A stretch of DNA of 64,000 nt from Anaeromyxobacter sp. GTDB lineage: Bacteria > Myxococcota > Myxococcia > Myxococcales > Anaeromyxobacteraceae. The position numbers and the translations under genes are program-made. The DNA lies in the NCBI GenBank assembly GCA_049840735.1, contig JASGJN010000017.1, forward strand, positions 480,001-544,000, given 5' to 3'. Of the stretch, positions 9,500 through 20,667 are shown piece by piece. Within the stretch, counting starts at the first letter, position 1. Every line of letters starts with the position of its first letter. Under the pieces are notes generated by a model, which was given only the letters and a program-made list of their open reading frames with translations, made no database searches and had not been told where the DNA came from.

Positions 9500-10839
9500 A
9501 TGGCCCTGGTGGATCTCGAGGCGCTCTCGCGCACGCTGGCGGACGCGGACCCGACCCCGCTCACCGGGACCGTGATCCGCGCCACCGGCCTGCTGGTCGA
9601 GGCGCTGCTGCCGCGGGTGCCGGTGGGCACCGCGTGCGAGATCCGCTCCAACGACGGCGCGCTGGTGCAGGCCGAGGTGGTGGGGTTCCAGGGCGGCACC
9701 GCGCAGCTCATGCCGCTCTCGGAGATCCACGGCGTGTCGGAGGGCTGCGACGTGGTCCCCCGCGCCGCCGCCGACCGCATCGCGGTGGGCGACGCGCTGC
9801 TCGGGCGCGTGGTGGACGCCTCGCTCCGGCCGGTGGACGGCGGGCCGCTCCCCATCCTGCGCAACCGCACCGCCCTCCACGCCGTGCCGCCGCCTGCCCT
9901 GCAGCGCCGGCGCGTGGCGGACCCCATCTCGCTGGGCATCCGGGCCATCGACGCCTGCCTCACCGTGGGCGAGGGGCAGCGGATGGCCATCATGGCCGGC
10001 CCGGGCGTGGGCAAGAGCGTCCTGCTGGGCATGCTGGCCCGGTCGGCCAAGGCCGACGTGGTGGTGGTCGGGCTGGTGGGCGAGCGAGGCCGCGAGGTCC
10101 GCGAGTTCATCGAGCGCGACCTGGGCGACGGCCTGGCCCGCTCGGTGGTGGTGGTGGCCACCAGCGACGAGTCTCCGGTGAAGCGGCTGCGCGCCGCCAT
10201 GTCCGCCACCGCCGCGGCGGAGCACTTCCGCGCCCAGGGCAAGAAGGTGCTGCTGCTGGTGGACTCGCTCTCCCGCGTCTGCATGGCCCAGCGCGAGATC
10301 GGCCTGGCCGCCGGCGAGCCGCCCACCACCAAGGGCTACCCGCCGTCCGCCTTCGCCATCCTGCCGCGGCTGGTGGAGCGGGCCGGCAACGACAGCGGCC
10401 GCGGCTCCATCACCGCCTTCTACACGGTGCTGGCGGAGGGGGACGACCACACCGGCGACCCCATCGCCGACGCCGCCCGGGCCACGCTCGACGGCCACAT
10501 CGTCCTGTCGCGCAAGCTGGCCGAGTCGGGCCACTTCCCGGCCATCGACGTGCTGGCCTCGGTTCCCGCGTCATGACCGACATCGTCCCGCCGGCCCACC
10601 GCGAGCTGGCCCGCGAGGCGCGCGAGGTGCTGTCCGCCTACCGCGAGGCCGCTGACCTCATCGAGGTAGGCGCCTACGCGGCCGGCTCGAATCCCAAGGT
10701 GGATCGCGCGCTTCGCTGCATCGAGGGGCTCCGCGCCTTCCTCCGGCAGGAGCCCGCGGAGCGGACCGTGCTGATCGAGACGCTGGCACGCCTCACGCAA
10801 CTGCTGGCCGTGCAGGAGAAGGAGAAGCCACATGCCTGA
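9500..10839 (+). CDS. fliI: flagellar export ATPase FliI; frameshift near 10563
   Basis: Walker A AGPGVGKS, LVGERGREVREF, DSLSR..AQREIGLAAGEPPTTKGYPPS, LDGHIVLSR; C-terminal DLIEVGAYAAGSNP in the other frame. Confidence 0.95.
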
Positions 10840-11587
10840 CGCGCTGCTGGTCGCCGTGCTGCTCGCCGCCACCGGACCGTCGGTTCCGGCCGCGCCGGGC
10901 GCCAGCGCCCCGCCGGCCGCGCCGGTCGTGGAGGACACGCACGCACCTGCTCCGCCGGAAGCGCAGGCGCCGGCGGCCCCGGCCGCGCCCGTCCCCGAGC
11001 CTCCCAAGGCCTCGGCTGCGACGCCGGCCCCAGGCCCCGCCGCCGACGCGCCGCCCACGCGGGCCCAGACGGCCTCCGCGCTGGGCCGCGCCGAGGCGGC
11101 GTCGCACTCCGGCAACGCCGCCGGCCCCCTGCCCCCGTCGCTCACCAGCCGCTCGCTGGCGGAGGAGCTCAGGCGGCGCGGCAAGGATCGCGACGCGCAG
11201 CAGGAGGCGATCGAGGCCGAGCGCAAGCGGCTCGAGGTGCTGCGGGACGAGATCGCCAGGGCACGCGCCGCGCTGAAGGACGAGACGGCCCGGCTCCAGG
11301 AGCTGGTCGCCGCGGTCGGCGCGTCCGGACAGGGCAGCCGGCCGGTGAAGAAGGGCCCCGGCGGCAAGCCCATCCCTGAGCAGGACGGGATCGGCACGCT
11401 GGCGCAGACCTTCAAGGGAATGAAGCCGGACCAGGCGGCGGCGGTGATGGCCAAGCTCGACCGCGGCCTGGCCGCCGCAGTGCTCGGGCGCATGCGCCCG
11501 GCCGACGCCGCGCTGGTCGTCGAGAAGATGGACGCGGGCACGGGCGCGGAGCTGATGGCGCTCCTCGCGGGGAGGAACCGGTCATGA
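10832..11587 (+). CDS. MotE/FlbB-like flagellar protein (signal peptide, coiled coil, MgtE_N-like domain)
   Basis: Hydrophobic N-terminus, Pro/Ala linker, coiled coil, LAQTFKGMKPDQAAAVMAKLD..AAAVLGRM; between fliI and fliK. Confidence 0.75.
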   Translation: MPDALLVAVLLAATGPSVPAAPGASAPPAAPVVEDTHAPAPPEAQAPAAPAAPVPEPPKASAATPAPGPAADAPPTRAQTASALGRAEAASHSGNAAGPLPPSLTSRSLAEELRRRGKDRDAQQEAIEAERKRLEVLRDEIARARAALKDETARLQELVAAVGASGQGSRPVKKGPGGKPIPEQDGIGTLAQTFKGMKPDQAAAVMAKLDRGLAAAVLGRMRPADAALVVEKMDAGTGAELMALLAGRNRS

Positions 11588-13366
11588 AGGCGCTCCAGCG
11601 CTTGCTGAACGCCGCCAGCCGCGGCCGCACCGACGGTCACTCCGCCCGCCCCGAGGCCGGGGCCGCGGCGACCGGCGCCCTGGCGGCCTTCGAGGCCGTC
11701 CTGGCCCACGCCGCCGGCCTGGAGCAGGCGCAGGCCGAGGCCGCTCCCGTCGCCCCCTCCACCGCCGCGGCCGCCAGGCCGCTGACGCCCGGCGCCCCGA
11801 GGACCACCCGCGCCACGGAAGCCGGCGCGCGCACGCCGACGGGCAGCGCCGCAGCCACGAGGCCCGCGCTCCAGGCCCAGGCACAGCCCCGGGCCGAGGT
11901 CCTGCCCCGGGTCCAGCTCCAGCGCGAGCCCGCCGAGGCGGCCACCGGCGCTGCGCCCGTGCCTGCGGCGCCTGCGGCCCCCGCGCCCGGGGCCACCGGG
12001 GCCGTCCGCGCGCCCACCGCGCCCATGCCCCCCAAGGTCGCTCACGCGTCCACCTCGGCCGCCCCTGCCCCTGCGCCCCGGCGCGAGGCCAAGGCCGGCT
12101 CGGCCCAGCCGCCGCCGGACGAGGGCGCGCCGCAGCCGGCCCCCGCCAGCGCGCTGGCGCAGGCGCAGCAGCTCCAGGCGCAGCAGCTCCAGGCCCAGCA
12201 GGTGCGCCCGCCGGCCCCGGCGGCCCCCGCAGCCCAGCCGCCTGCCGCCACGCGCGCCGCGCCGCGTCCCGACGGCGCCCGGCCGGTGAGCGCCGTGCCG
12301 GCGCGCCGCCCCGAGGTCCCGGCCGCGGCCACTCCCGCGCTGACCCCGGCCGCGCAGCCTGCGGCCCACGCGCCGTCCCAGGCCACCGCTCGGGCGGCTC
12401 GGGCCGCGGCCGCGCCCGCTCCAGCCGCCGCAGCAGCTCCTGCCGCGGCGGCGGCCGCCGCGCAGGCGGTGGACCCGGCCGCCGCCGGCCCCCGCTCCGC
12501 CCGCGCCGCTCCCGAGCGCGCCCACGCCCAGGACGCCGCGCCCGCGCCGGCCCAGCCGCCGCCCGTCACCGCCCGCACCCGGACCTCCGCGCGCGCCGCC
12601 CAGGAGCCCGTCGCAGAGGCGCGCCCCGCCCCGGCGCGTGGCCCGACCGAGCCGGCCGCCGCTCCCGGCAACCACCCTGCCCAGCTGGACGCGCCGGCGC
12701 CGCGGCAGCCCGCCCTGCACCCCACGGCGGCCGCCCACCTCCCGCCGCTGCCCGCTGCCGCCGCCCCGATCGCCAGCGCGCAGCGCCGCGGCGAGGGCGA
12801 GCCCTCCGCGCACCGCGACGGGCGCAAGGCCGAGGCCTCAGCCGCTTCCGCTCCCGCCTTCGCGCCGGCCGCCGCCCAGCCCGCCGCGCCGGTGGCCTCC
12901 GCCGCGCCGGCCGCGCCGGCCGCTCCCGCCGCGCGGGCCGCCCCGCCCGACCACGACCCGGAGGATCCGGTCGTCTCGGGCTCGGTGCTCCCGGCCGCCG
13001 CGCACCTGCGCCTGTCCACCGAGTCGCTGGGCGAGATCGCCCTGCACCTGCGGCTCCAGGACGGCGCGGCCCACGTCCGGGTCGAGACCGACGCCCGCGC
13101 CGCCGTCGAGGCCAGGGTGCCGGAGCTGACCCGGGCGCTGGCCGCCGAGGGGATTCGGGCTGGCGCGCGTCGAGGTCGAGCCGCGCCAGGCCCCCGTCGC
13201 CCCGCACGCCGACGCCCGTCCCGGCGACCGCCAGCAGGCCAGCGCCGACGGGCGCCGGCAGGAGCAGCAGCAGCCCGCGCCGGACGAGGCCCCCGCTGCC
13301 CGCAGCGCCTCCCCCACCGCCCGCGCCGCCCGGCCGCGCCGCAGCGGCCACGACGTCACCGCCTGA
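11584..13366 (+). CDS. fliK: hook-length control protein FliK; frameshift near 13153
   Basis: Very long Ala/Pro-rich region followed by a T3S4-like domain (AHLRLSTESLGEIALHLRLQDGAAHVRVE..ELTRALAAEGI); ends HDVTA*; precedes flgD. Confidence 0.8.
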
Positions 13367-13374
13367 GGACCGCC

Positions 13375-14091
13375 ATGTCCACCGTCAGCACCAGCCTCTC
13401 CGACCTCCCCAGCGTGGGGAGCGGCCTCACCAGCAGCAGCACCAGCGGCGCGTCCAACGAGCTGGGGAAGAACGAGTTCCTGAAGCTGCTCACCACGCAG
13501 ATGCGGTACCAGGACCCGCTCAGCCCGATGGACAACCAGCAGTTCATCGCGCAGCTGGCCCAGTTCTCGTCGGTGGAGCAGATGCAGAACGTCGGCAACA
13601 AGCTCGACACGCTGCTGCTCGCCACCGCCTCGTCCAACCAGATGCAGACCGCCTCGCTGGTGGGCAAGGAGGTCCGCTTCACCTCCAGCAGATCGGCCTC
13701 ACCGCCAGCGGCGGGTCGCCCATGGAGATCTCCCTGGCCGGGGCCGCCGATCAGACCAGCGTGGTGATCACCGACGCCAACGGGCGCGTGGTCCGCACGC
13801 TCCAGCTCGGCGCGCACGACGCCGGGACCTTCCAGGCCACCTGGGACGGCCTCGACGAGCAGGGCAACCGGCTCCCCGCCGGCGAGTACGGCCTCACCGC
13901 GGCCGGCACCACCACCGCCGGCGACAAGGTGGCGGCCATCACCAGCATCCGCGGCCTGGTCAGCGGCGTGAACTTCGACGGCGGCGTGGCCCGGCTGGTC
14001 GTCAACGGCCGCACCGTCACCCTCTCCGAGGTCGGGGAGATTCTCCATCGCCCCATCCTCCACCAGCACCACCTCCACCACCGGCGCGTAA
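13375..14091 (+). CDS. flgD: hook capping protein FlgD; frameshifts near 13690 and 14040
   Basis: LGKNEFLKLLTTQMRYQDPLSPMDNQQFIAQLAQFSSVEQ; ITDANGRVVRT..WDGLDEQGNRLPAGEY. Confidence 0.93.
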
Positions 14092-14118
14092 GCCGGAGCC
14101 ACACCGAAAGGAAGCGCC

Positions 14119-15402
14119 ATGTCCCTCCTCTCCGCCCTCTCCTCCGGCACCACCGGCCTCGAGTCCGCCTCGATGGAGCTGTCCGTCGTCGGCGACAACA
14201 TCGCCAACGCCAACACGGTCGGGTTCAAGGCCGGCCGCGCCGCCTTCCAGGACTCCCTCACCCAGGCCGTGATCGGCGGGTCCGGCGAGATTGGCCTCGG
14301 GTCGCGCCTGCAGGCGGTGCAGAAGATCCTCACCCAGGGCGCCCTCACCTCCACCGGCATCGCGACCGACCTGGCGCTGCAGGGCAACGGCTACTACGTG
14401 GTCCACGGCAACCACAACGGCCAGACCTCCAACTTCTACACGCGCGCCGGCCAGTTCACCGTCGACAAGGACGGCTACTTCGTCAACCTGGAGGGGCTGC
14501 GCGTGCAGGGCTTCGCCGCCGACTCCGCCGGCAACGTCTCCGGCATGCCGGGCGACCTGCTGGTCGGCACCGCCTCGGCGCAGCCGCGCGCCACCCAGGC
14601 CATCACGGTCAAGGCCAACCTGCAGTCGGACTCGGTCACGCCCGCGCTGCCCTGGGATCCGGCCGACCCGACCGCCACCAGCAACTTCTCCACCAGCATG
14701 ACCGTCTACGACGGCCTGGGCCTGGCGCACCAGACGCAGGTCTTCTTCCGCAACAACGGCGGCGGCAACTGGGAGTGGCACGCCATGACCGACGGCGCCA
14801 CGCTCAACCCCACCGCCACCGGGCTGCAGGAGATTGCCGGCGGCACCCTCACCTTCGACTCCACCGGCCTCCTCACCGGCGTCACGCAGGCGTCCAGCTT
14901 CGCGCCGGCCGGCTCCGCCGCCGCCCAGCCGCTCACCTTCAACTTCGGCGACCCCACCGGCGCCGGCGGCACCGGCCTGGGGGGCATCACCCAGTTCGCC
15001 GCCCCCTCCGCCTCGACCTTCATCGGGCAGGACGGCTTCGGCTCCGGCCAGCTCTCCGCCATCCGCGTGGACACGCAGGGCAACATCGCCGGCATCTTCA
15101 CGAACGGCCAGACCCGCGTGCTGGGCCAGGTGGCCGTGGCCAGCTTCGCCGGCCCGGACAAGCTGGAGCGCATCGGCGGCAACCTGTACGCGCAGAGCCA
15201 GGAGTCGGGCCAGCCGGTGGTCGGCTCGCCGGGCACCGGCGGCCGCGCCTCGGTGGTCTCCGGCTCGCTGGAGCAGTCCAACGTGGACCTGGCCGAGCAG
15301 TTCGTCCGGCTCATCGCCGCGCAGCGCGCGTTCCAGGCCAACTCCAAGACCATCACCACGGCCGACCAGCTCCTCTCCGAGCTGATCGCCATGAAGCGGT
15401 AG
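14119..15402 (+). CDS. flgE: flagellar hook protein FlgE
   Basis: LSVVGDNIANANTVGFK..DLALQGNG..YTRAGQF..SGSLEQSNVDLAEQFVRLIAAQRAFQANSKTITTAD. Confidence 0.97.
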   Translation: MSLLSALSSGTTGLESASMELSVVGDNIANANTVGFKAGRAAFQDSLTQAVIGGSGEIGLGSRLQAVQKILTQGALTSTGIATDLALQGNGYYVVHGNHNGQTSNFYTRAGQFTVDKDGYFVNLEGLRVQGFAADSAGNVSGMPGDLLVGTASAQPRATQAITVKANLQSDSVTPALPWDPADPTATSNFSTSMTVYDGLGLAHQTQVFFRNNGGGNWEWHAMTDGATLNPTATGLQEIAGGTLTFDSTGLLTGVTQASSFAPAGSAAAQPLTFNFGDPTGAGGTGLGGITQFAAPSASTFIGQDGFGSGQLSAIRVDTQGNIAGIFTNGQTRVLGQVAVASFAGPDKLERIGGNLYAQSQESGQPVVGSPGTGGRASVVSGSLEQSNVDLAEQFVRLIAAQRAFQANSKTITTADQLLSELIAMKR

Positions 15403-15419
15403 GCCCACCGCCCACCCCG

Positions 15420-15463
15420 CGCCGCGGCGAGCCGCTTAACGGTTCGCCGCGGCGTGACGAAGA
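15420..15463 (+). promoter_or_regulatory. hairpin after flgE overlapping a sigma28 promoter for flbD-motAB
   Basis: 15-bp stem 15420-15434 / 15440-15454 with loop CTTAA; TAAC-N15-GACGAAGA at 15437-15463. Confidence 0.7.
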
Positions 15464-15483
15464 CCCGGTTGCGGGGAGTGCCC

Positions 15484-15719
15484 ATGATCGTGCTCACACG
15501 CCTGGACGGAAAGGAGCTGGTGGTCAACGCGGATCAGATCTGACCGTCGAGGCCACCCCCGACACCGTGCTCCTGCTCTCGAACGGCATGCACCTCATGG
15601 TGAAGGAGCCGCCCGACGAGGTGGTCTCGCGCGCCATCGCCTACCGGCACCGGGTCGCGGCCGGCCCCGAGCCGCGCGGCCGCCTGGTGCCGCTGCGCCC
15701 CAGCGCCTCCGAGGACTAG
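15484..15719 (+). CDS. flbD: flagellar protein FlbD/SwrD; frameshift near 15540
   Basis: MIVLTRLDGKELVVNADQI + LTVEATPDTVLLLSNG..VKEPPDEVV; between flgE and motA. Confidence 0.9.
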
Positions 15720-15722
15720 CCC

Positions 15723-16502
15723 ATGGACATCACCACCATCGGCGGCATCGTCGCGGCCATCGGCTTCATCCTGCTCGGCCAGGCGCTCGAGGGCGGCCAC
15801 ATCGGCTCGCTGCTCCAGCTCACGGCGGCCCTCATCATCTTCGGCGGCACGCTGGGCGCGGTGATGGTCGCGTTCCCGAAGAAGCAGTTCATGATGGGCA
15901 TGAAGATGGTGAAGCTCGCGTTCGGCGACAGCAAGGCCGACCTGGGCGGCCTGGCCCGGCAGATCGTGGAGTTCGCCGGGGTGGCCCGCCGCGACGGCGT
16001 GCTGGCCCTGGAGGGCAAGCTCTCGGAGGTGAACGACCCCTTCCTGCGCCGGGCCCTGCAGTTCGTGGTGGACGGCGTGGACGCCAGCGTGACCCGCGAC
16101 ACCCTGGAGACGGCCATCGAGGCCGACTTCGAGGAGCACATCGTGGGCGCGAAGGTCTGGGAGTCGGCCGGCGGCTTCGCCCCCACCATCGGCATCCTGG
16201 GGGCCGTGCTCGGCCTGATCCACGTGATGGAGAACCTCTCCGACCCGTCCAAGCTGGGCGGCGGCATCGCGACCGCCTTCGTGGCCACGGTGTACGGCGT
16301 GGGCTCGGCCAACATCTTCTTCCTGCCCTTCGCCAACAAGATCAAGCTCAAGCTCAACGCCGAGAAGGAGCGCAAGAACCTGATCGCCCAGGGCGTGCTC
16401 TCCATCCAGGAGGGGCTCAACCCGCGCGTGCTGGAGGAGAAGCTGCGGGCCTACACCGGCGAGGAGGCCGCCCCTGCCGAGGCCGAGAAGAAGGCGGCCT
16501 AG
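15723..16502 (+). CDS. motA: stator protein MotA
   Basis: AALIIFGGTLGA, ARRDGVLALE, GGFAPTIGILGAVLGLI, IATAFVATVYG. Confidence 0.96.
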   Translation: MDITTIGGIVAAIGFILLGQALEGGHIGSLLQLTAALIIFGGTLGAVMVAFPKKQFMMGMKMVKLAFGDSKADLGGLARQIVEFAGVARRDGVLALEGKLSEVNDPFLRRALQFVVDGVDASVTRDTLETAIEADFEEHIVGAKVWESAGGFAPTIGILGAVLGLIHVMENLSDPSKLGGGIATAFVATVYGVGSANIFFLPFANKIKLKLNAEKERKNLIAQGVLSIQEGLNPRVLEEKLRAYTGEEAAPAEAEKKAA

Positions 16503-16523
16503 GCAGCGCCCCGGGAGACCAAC

Positions 16524-17296
16524 GTGGCGAAGAAGCACAAGCACGAAGAGCACGAGAACCACGAGCGCTGGCTGGTCTCGTACGCCGACTTCATGACGCT
16601 GCTGATGGCGTTCTTCGTGGTCATGTACGCGGTCTGCGCGTGGACAACAAGCGGATCGTCCAGGCCGCCGAGTCCATCCGCTGGGCCATGCACTTCTCGG
16701 GCACCGGCGGCACCGGCGCCCTGCCCATCTTCGACGGCCCGCCCAGCGAGGGCGGCGGCCCGGCCCTCCGCAGCGGCACGCAGAACGTCGAGCAGGAGAA
16801 GAAGGCCATCGAGATGCTCCGCAAGCGGCTGGAGAAGCGCGTGCGGGCCCTGGTGGTGGAGCGCCCGCAGACCCCCGCCGTCACGGTGCTGGTGGAGGGG
16901 CGCAAGCTGACGGTGCGGCTCGCCGCCACCGAGTTCTTCGACCCCGGCCAGGCCGCGCTGCGGCCGCAGTCGCTGCCGGTGCTGGACGCCATCGCCGGCG
17001 AGCTGATCCCGCTGCGGCGGCTGCTGCGCTGCGAGGGGCACACCGACGAGACGCCCATCGGGAACGACCGCTGGCGCAACAACTGGGAGCTCTCGTCCGC
17101 CCGCGCCGCCACGGTGGTGACCTACCTGGAGGCGGCGCACCAGGCCAGGCCCGAGCTGCTGGCCGCGGTCGGGCTGGGCTCGTCCCACCCGCTCTCCACC
17201 GCCGGCACGCCCGAGGCGCACGAGCTCAACCGGCGCGTCGAGATGGTGATCGAGCTCGACCCCAAGGACGAGATGCTCGGCACCGGGCTGGAGTAG
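16524..17296 (+). CDS. motB: stator protein MotB; frameshift near 16635
   Basis: ERWLVSYADFMTLLMAFFVVMYA; OmpA-like EGHTD..NWELSSARA..NRRVE. Confidence 0.95.
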
Positions 17297-17606
17297 CGAC
17301 CCGGGCCGAGCCGCGGGATGCGCCCGTCCCCCGGCGCGCCCGCCGTGCTCGCGTCCCGGCTCCCGCCGGAGCTCGCGCCGCGCCTGCCTGGTCACCGGAG
17401 GCCCTGGCACCGGTCCTTGGGACAGGGTCAGCGGCCCCTTCCCCCACGCCACCCTCCCGGTCAACCCCTGGGTTGGACGTCACCCTCACGATCCAGCCCG
17501 CCGGCGAGGGACCCTGTCGCACGCGAGCCAGGAAAATCCCCACAAACGGCGTAAGTTGCCGCAGGCCGATTCACGCCACGTCATGAGCCCGCGCAGGCCG
17601 GCGACC

Positions 17607-17622
17607 TGGCACGGGCTTCGCT
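17607..17622 (+). promoter_or_regulatory. sigma54 promoter for the chemoreceptor gene
   Basis: TGGCACGGGCTTCGCT (GG-N10-GC). Confidence 0.7.
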
Positions 17623-17709
17623 CACGCGGGTTCGCGGTGCCCTGCGCGCGCGGGCCCCCGTCCTCCTGAAGCGTGGCGGACGCATACATGCGCTCCCGGA
17701 GTCAGAGCG

Positions 17710-20367
17710 ATGCTGAGGGACATGAAGACCGCCACGAAGATCGGGCTCGGGTTCGCCCTCCCGCTCATCCTCTTCGTGGCGCTGGCGCTGTTCGCCATGT
17801 TCAACATCACGCGCCTGGTCGAGACCACCACCTGGGTGCGCAAGAGCCAGGAGGCGGTGGGGTACGGCGAGCGCCTCGTCACCTCGATGGCCGACCAGGA
17901 GTCCGGCCAGCGCACCTTCCTGCTCACCGGCTCGGAGCAGTTCCTCTCCGGCTACAAGGGCGGGCAGAAGTCCTTCGCCGAGGCCATGGAGGGCGCGCGC
18001 AAGGCCGTGGCCGGGAACGCCGAGCAGATTGCCCGGCTGGACAAGATCCAGGCGCTGGCCGACCGCTTCCTGAAGGAGGCCGCGGACAAGGAGATCGAGA
18101 AGCGGCGCGAGATGAACCGCGGCGACGCCACCATGGAGGACGTGGGCTGGGCGGTGAAGACCAGCACCGGGCGTCCCATCCTGCTGGAGCTGCGCAAGAT
18201 CGCGCGCGAGTTCGTGGACGCCGAGCGGAGCCAGCTGGAGGAGAAGAGCGCCGCGGCGGAGCAGGGCGCCAGGCTGGCCACCTGGGGCACCCTCGTGGTG
18301 ACGCTGGTGGCGCTCCTGCTGGCCATCGCGGCGGTGATCGTCCTGGCCCGCAACGTGGGCGGCACGGTGCGCCGGCTGGCGGCCGAGGCCCGGACCCTGA
18401 CCGACGCGGTGGCGGCGGGGCGGCTCGGCGAGCGGGTCCACGCCGATCTGGCCGGGGCCGAGTTCCGGCCCGTCCTCACCGGCATGAACGAGATCATGGA
18501 CGCGTACGCGCGCCCGGTGGCCCTCACCTCCGAGTACGTGCGCCGCATCGCCACCGGCGAGGCGCCGCCGCCCATCGTCGAGGAGTTCCAGGGCGACTTC
18601 AACGTCATCAAGGAGAGCCTCAACGACCTGACCGAGATCGTGCGCCGGCGCGGCGAGGACATCGACCGGCTGATCGCGGCGGCGCTGGAGGGGCGGCTCG
18701 ACTACCGGGCCGACGCCAGCCGCTACGAGGGCGGCAACGCCCGCGTCATCGACGGCATGAACAGGATGCTGGACGCGCTCACCCAGCCGCTCAAGGTGGC
18801 CGCCTCCTACGTGGACCGGATCGCCCGCGGCGACGTGCCGGAGAAGATCACCGCCGAGTACCGCGGCGACTTCGACCTGCTGAAGCGCAACCTCAACACC
18901 TGCATCGACGCCATCAACGCGCTCATCGCCGACGCCCGGCAGCTGGCCGAGGCCGCGGTGCAGGGCAAGCTGGGCGTGCGGGCCGACGCCGGCCGCCACC
19001 AGGGCGACTTCCGCACCATCGTCGTGGGCGTCAACGCCACCCTGGACGCCGTCATCGCGCCGCTGCAGATGGCGGCCCGCCACGTCGAGCAGATCTCCCG
19101 CGGCGAGATCCCCCCCGCATCGACGCCGCCTACGCCGGCGACTACGGCCACCTGCGGGACAGCATCAACACCTGCATCGACGCGGTGAACCGGCTGGTCA
19201 AGGACGCCAACCACCTGGTGGGCGAGGCGCTGGAGGGCCGGCTCTCGACCCGGGTGGACGCGTCCGGCCACCAGGGTGACTTCCGCAAGATCGTGGACGG
19301 CGTCAACCGGACGCTGGACGCGGTCATCGCCCCGGTCACCGAGGCCTCGCGGGTGCTGGAGCAGCTGGCGGAGCGCGACCTGCGGGCGCGCGTCACCGGC
19401 GACTTCGTGGGCGATCACGCCCGCATCAAGACCGCCCTCAACGCCACCGCCGGCGCCCTCCACGACGCCATGGCCCAGGTGGCCTCGGCCGTGGAGCAGG
19501 TCTCCTCGGCCGCCACGCAGATCGCCTCGTCGTCGCACGCGGTGGCCGACGGCGCCTCGGTCCAGGCCAGCTCGCTGGCCGACACCACCTCCTCCATCGA
19601 GTCGGTGGCGGCCATGGTGAAGCAGGCGGCCGACCACGCCCAGCGCGCCAACCACCTGGCCCTGTCCGCCCGCGGCGCCGCGGGCGAGGGCGCCCAGGCC
19701 GTGGACCAGCTGCAGGGCACCATGGTCAAGATCAGGCAGTCGGCGGAGGGGACCTCGCAGAATCATCCGCGACGTCTCGGACATCGCCTTCCAGACCAAC
19801 CTGCTGGCCCTCAACGCCGCGGTCGAGGCCGCCCGCGCCGGCGAGGCCGGCCGCGGCTTCGCGGTGGTGGCCGAGGAGGTCCGCTCCCTGGCCCTGCGCG
19901 CCAAGGAGGCCGCCACCAAGACCGAGGCCCTGATCCGCCAGTCGGTGAAGCAGGCCGGCGAGGGCGAGGTCGCGGCCAGGCAGGTGGCGGGCAAGCTGGG
20001 TGAGATCACCAAGGGCATCGCCAGCGTCACCGACATCGTCTCGGAGATCGCCGCCTCGGCCAAGGACCAGGCCGGCGGCATCACCAAGGTGACCAGCGCC
20101 ATCGGCGACATGGACCGCGTCACCCAGCAGAACGCGGCCAGCGCCGAGGAGTCCTCCTCCGCGGCGGCCGAGCTCTCCGGCCAGTCGGAGGAGCTGGCGG
20201 CGATGATCGGCTCGTTCCACATGGACCGGCCCGAGCTGCGGACCGTGCGCCGCCCGGCCGCGCCAGCCCTGCTGGCCCCGGATCCGTTCCCGGCAGCGGC
20301 GCAGGCGGCGTCGGCGCCGGACCAGCTCTTCCCCATGGAGGACGAGGCCGAGATCCGCGACTTCTGA
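17710..20367 (+). CDS. methyl-accepting chemotaxis protein (TM-CHASE3-like-TM, poly-HAMP, signalling domain); frameshifts near 19110 and 19761
   Basis: Two TM helices flank [18 protein letters not shown] (CHASE3-like). Repeated GDF..LN..RADA..H.GDF units. [34 protein letters not shown]. Ends EIRDF. Confidence 0.93.
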
Positions 20368-20594
20368 GCGAGGCGCGCCCACCTCCGGAGCCGCCCTGGC
20401 GCCGGCCTGCCCTCCCCGGCAGCGCCGGCGTCGCCGTCTCCAGGCCCCGGAAGGTCGGGTCGCGATGGGGCTCATGCTCCGACCCGGGTCACGAAACACC
20501 CCCTGGGGCCGACATCGCGTCGCCGGCCTCTCTTCCAGGACCAGGATATCCCTGGGATTTTCCGGTGGCCGCGGCGCCCCGCCCCGCGCCCGGC

Positions 20595-20610
20595 TGGCAC
20601 ATTCGGTGCT
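20595..20610 (+). promoter_or_regulatory. sigma54 promoter for cheW
   Basis: TGGCACATTCGGTGCT (GG-N10-GC). Confidence 0.7.
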
Positions 20611-20667
20611 CTCGGTCTCCCCACCACCCGGCGCACCGTGAGACCGCGCCGCCGTCCGGAGGATGAC

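Noticed and set aside
11584..13767. FliK-FlgD fusion, and likewise FliH-FliI, bEBP-FlgB and FliD-FliT fusions in the ORF track
   Set aside because: All arise from frameshift errors or chance frame continuity; each gene has its own start and stop once the frames are repaired.
17297..17709. c-di-GMP riboswitch or small ORF upstream of the chemoreceptor; TAAG..GCCGAT near 17552
   Set aside because: No GEMM-type GCAAA/GAAA architecture is visible, and the sigma28-like halves are only 9 bp apart.
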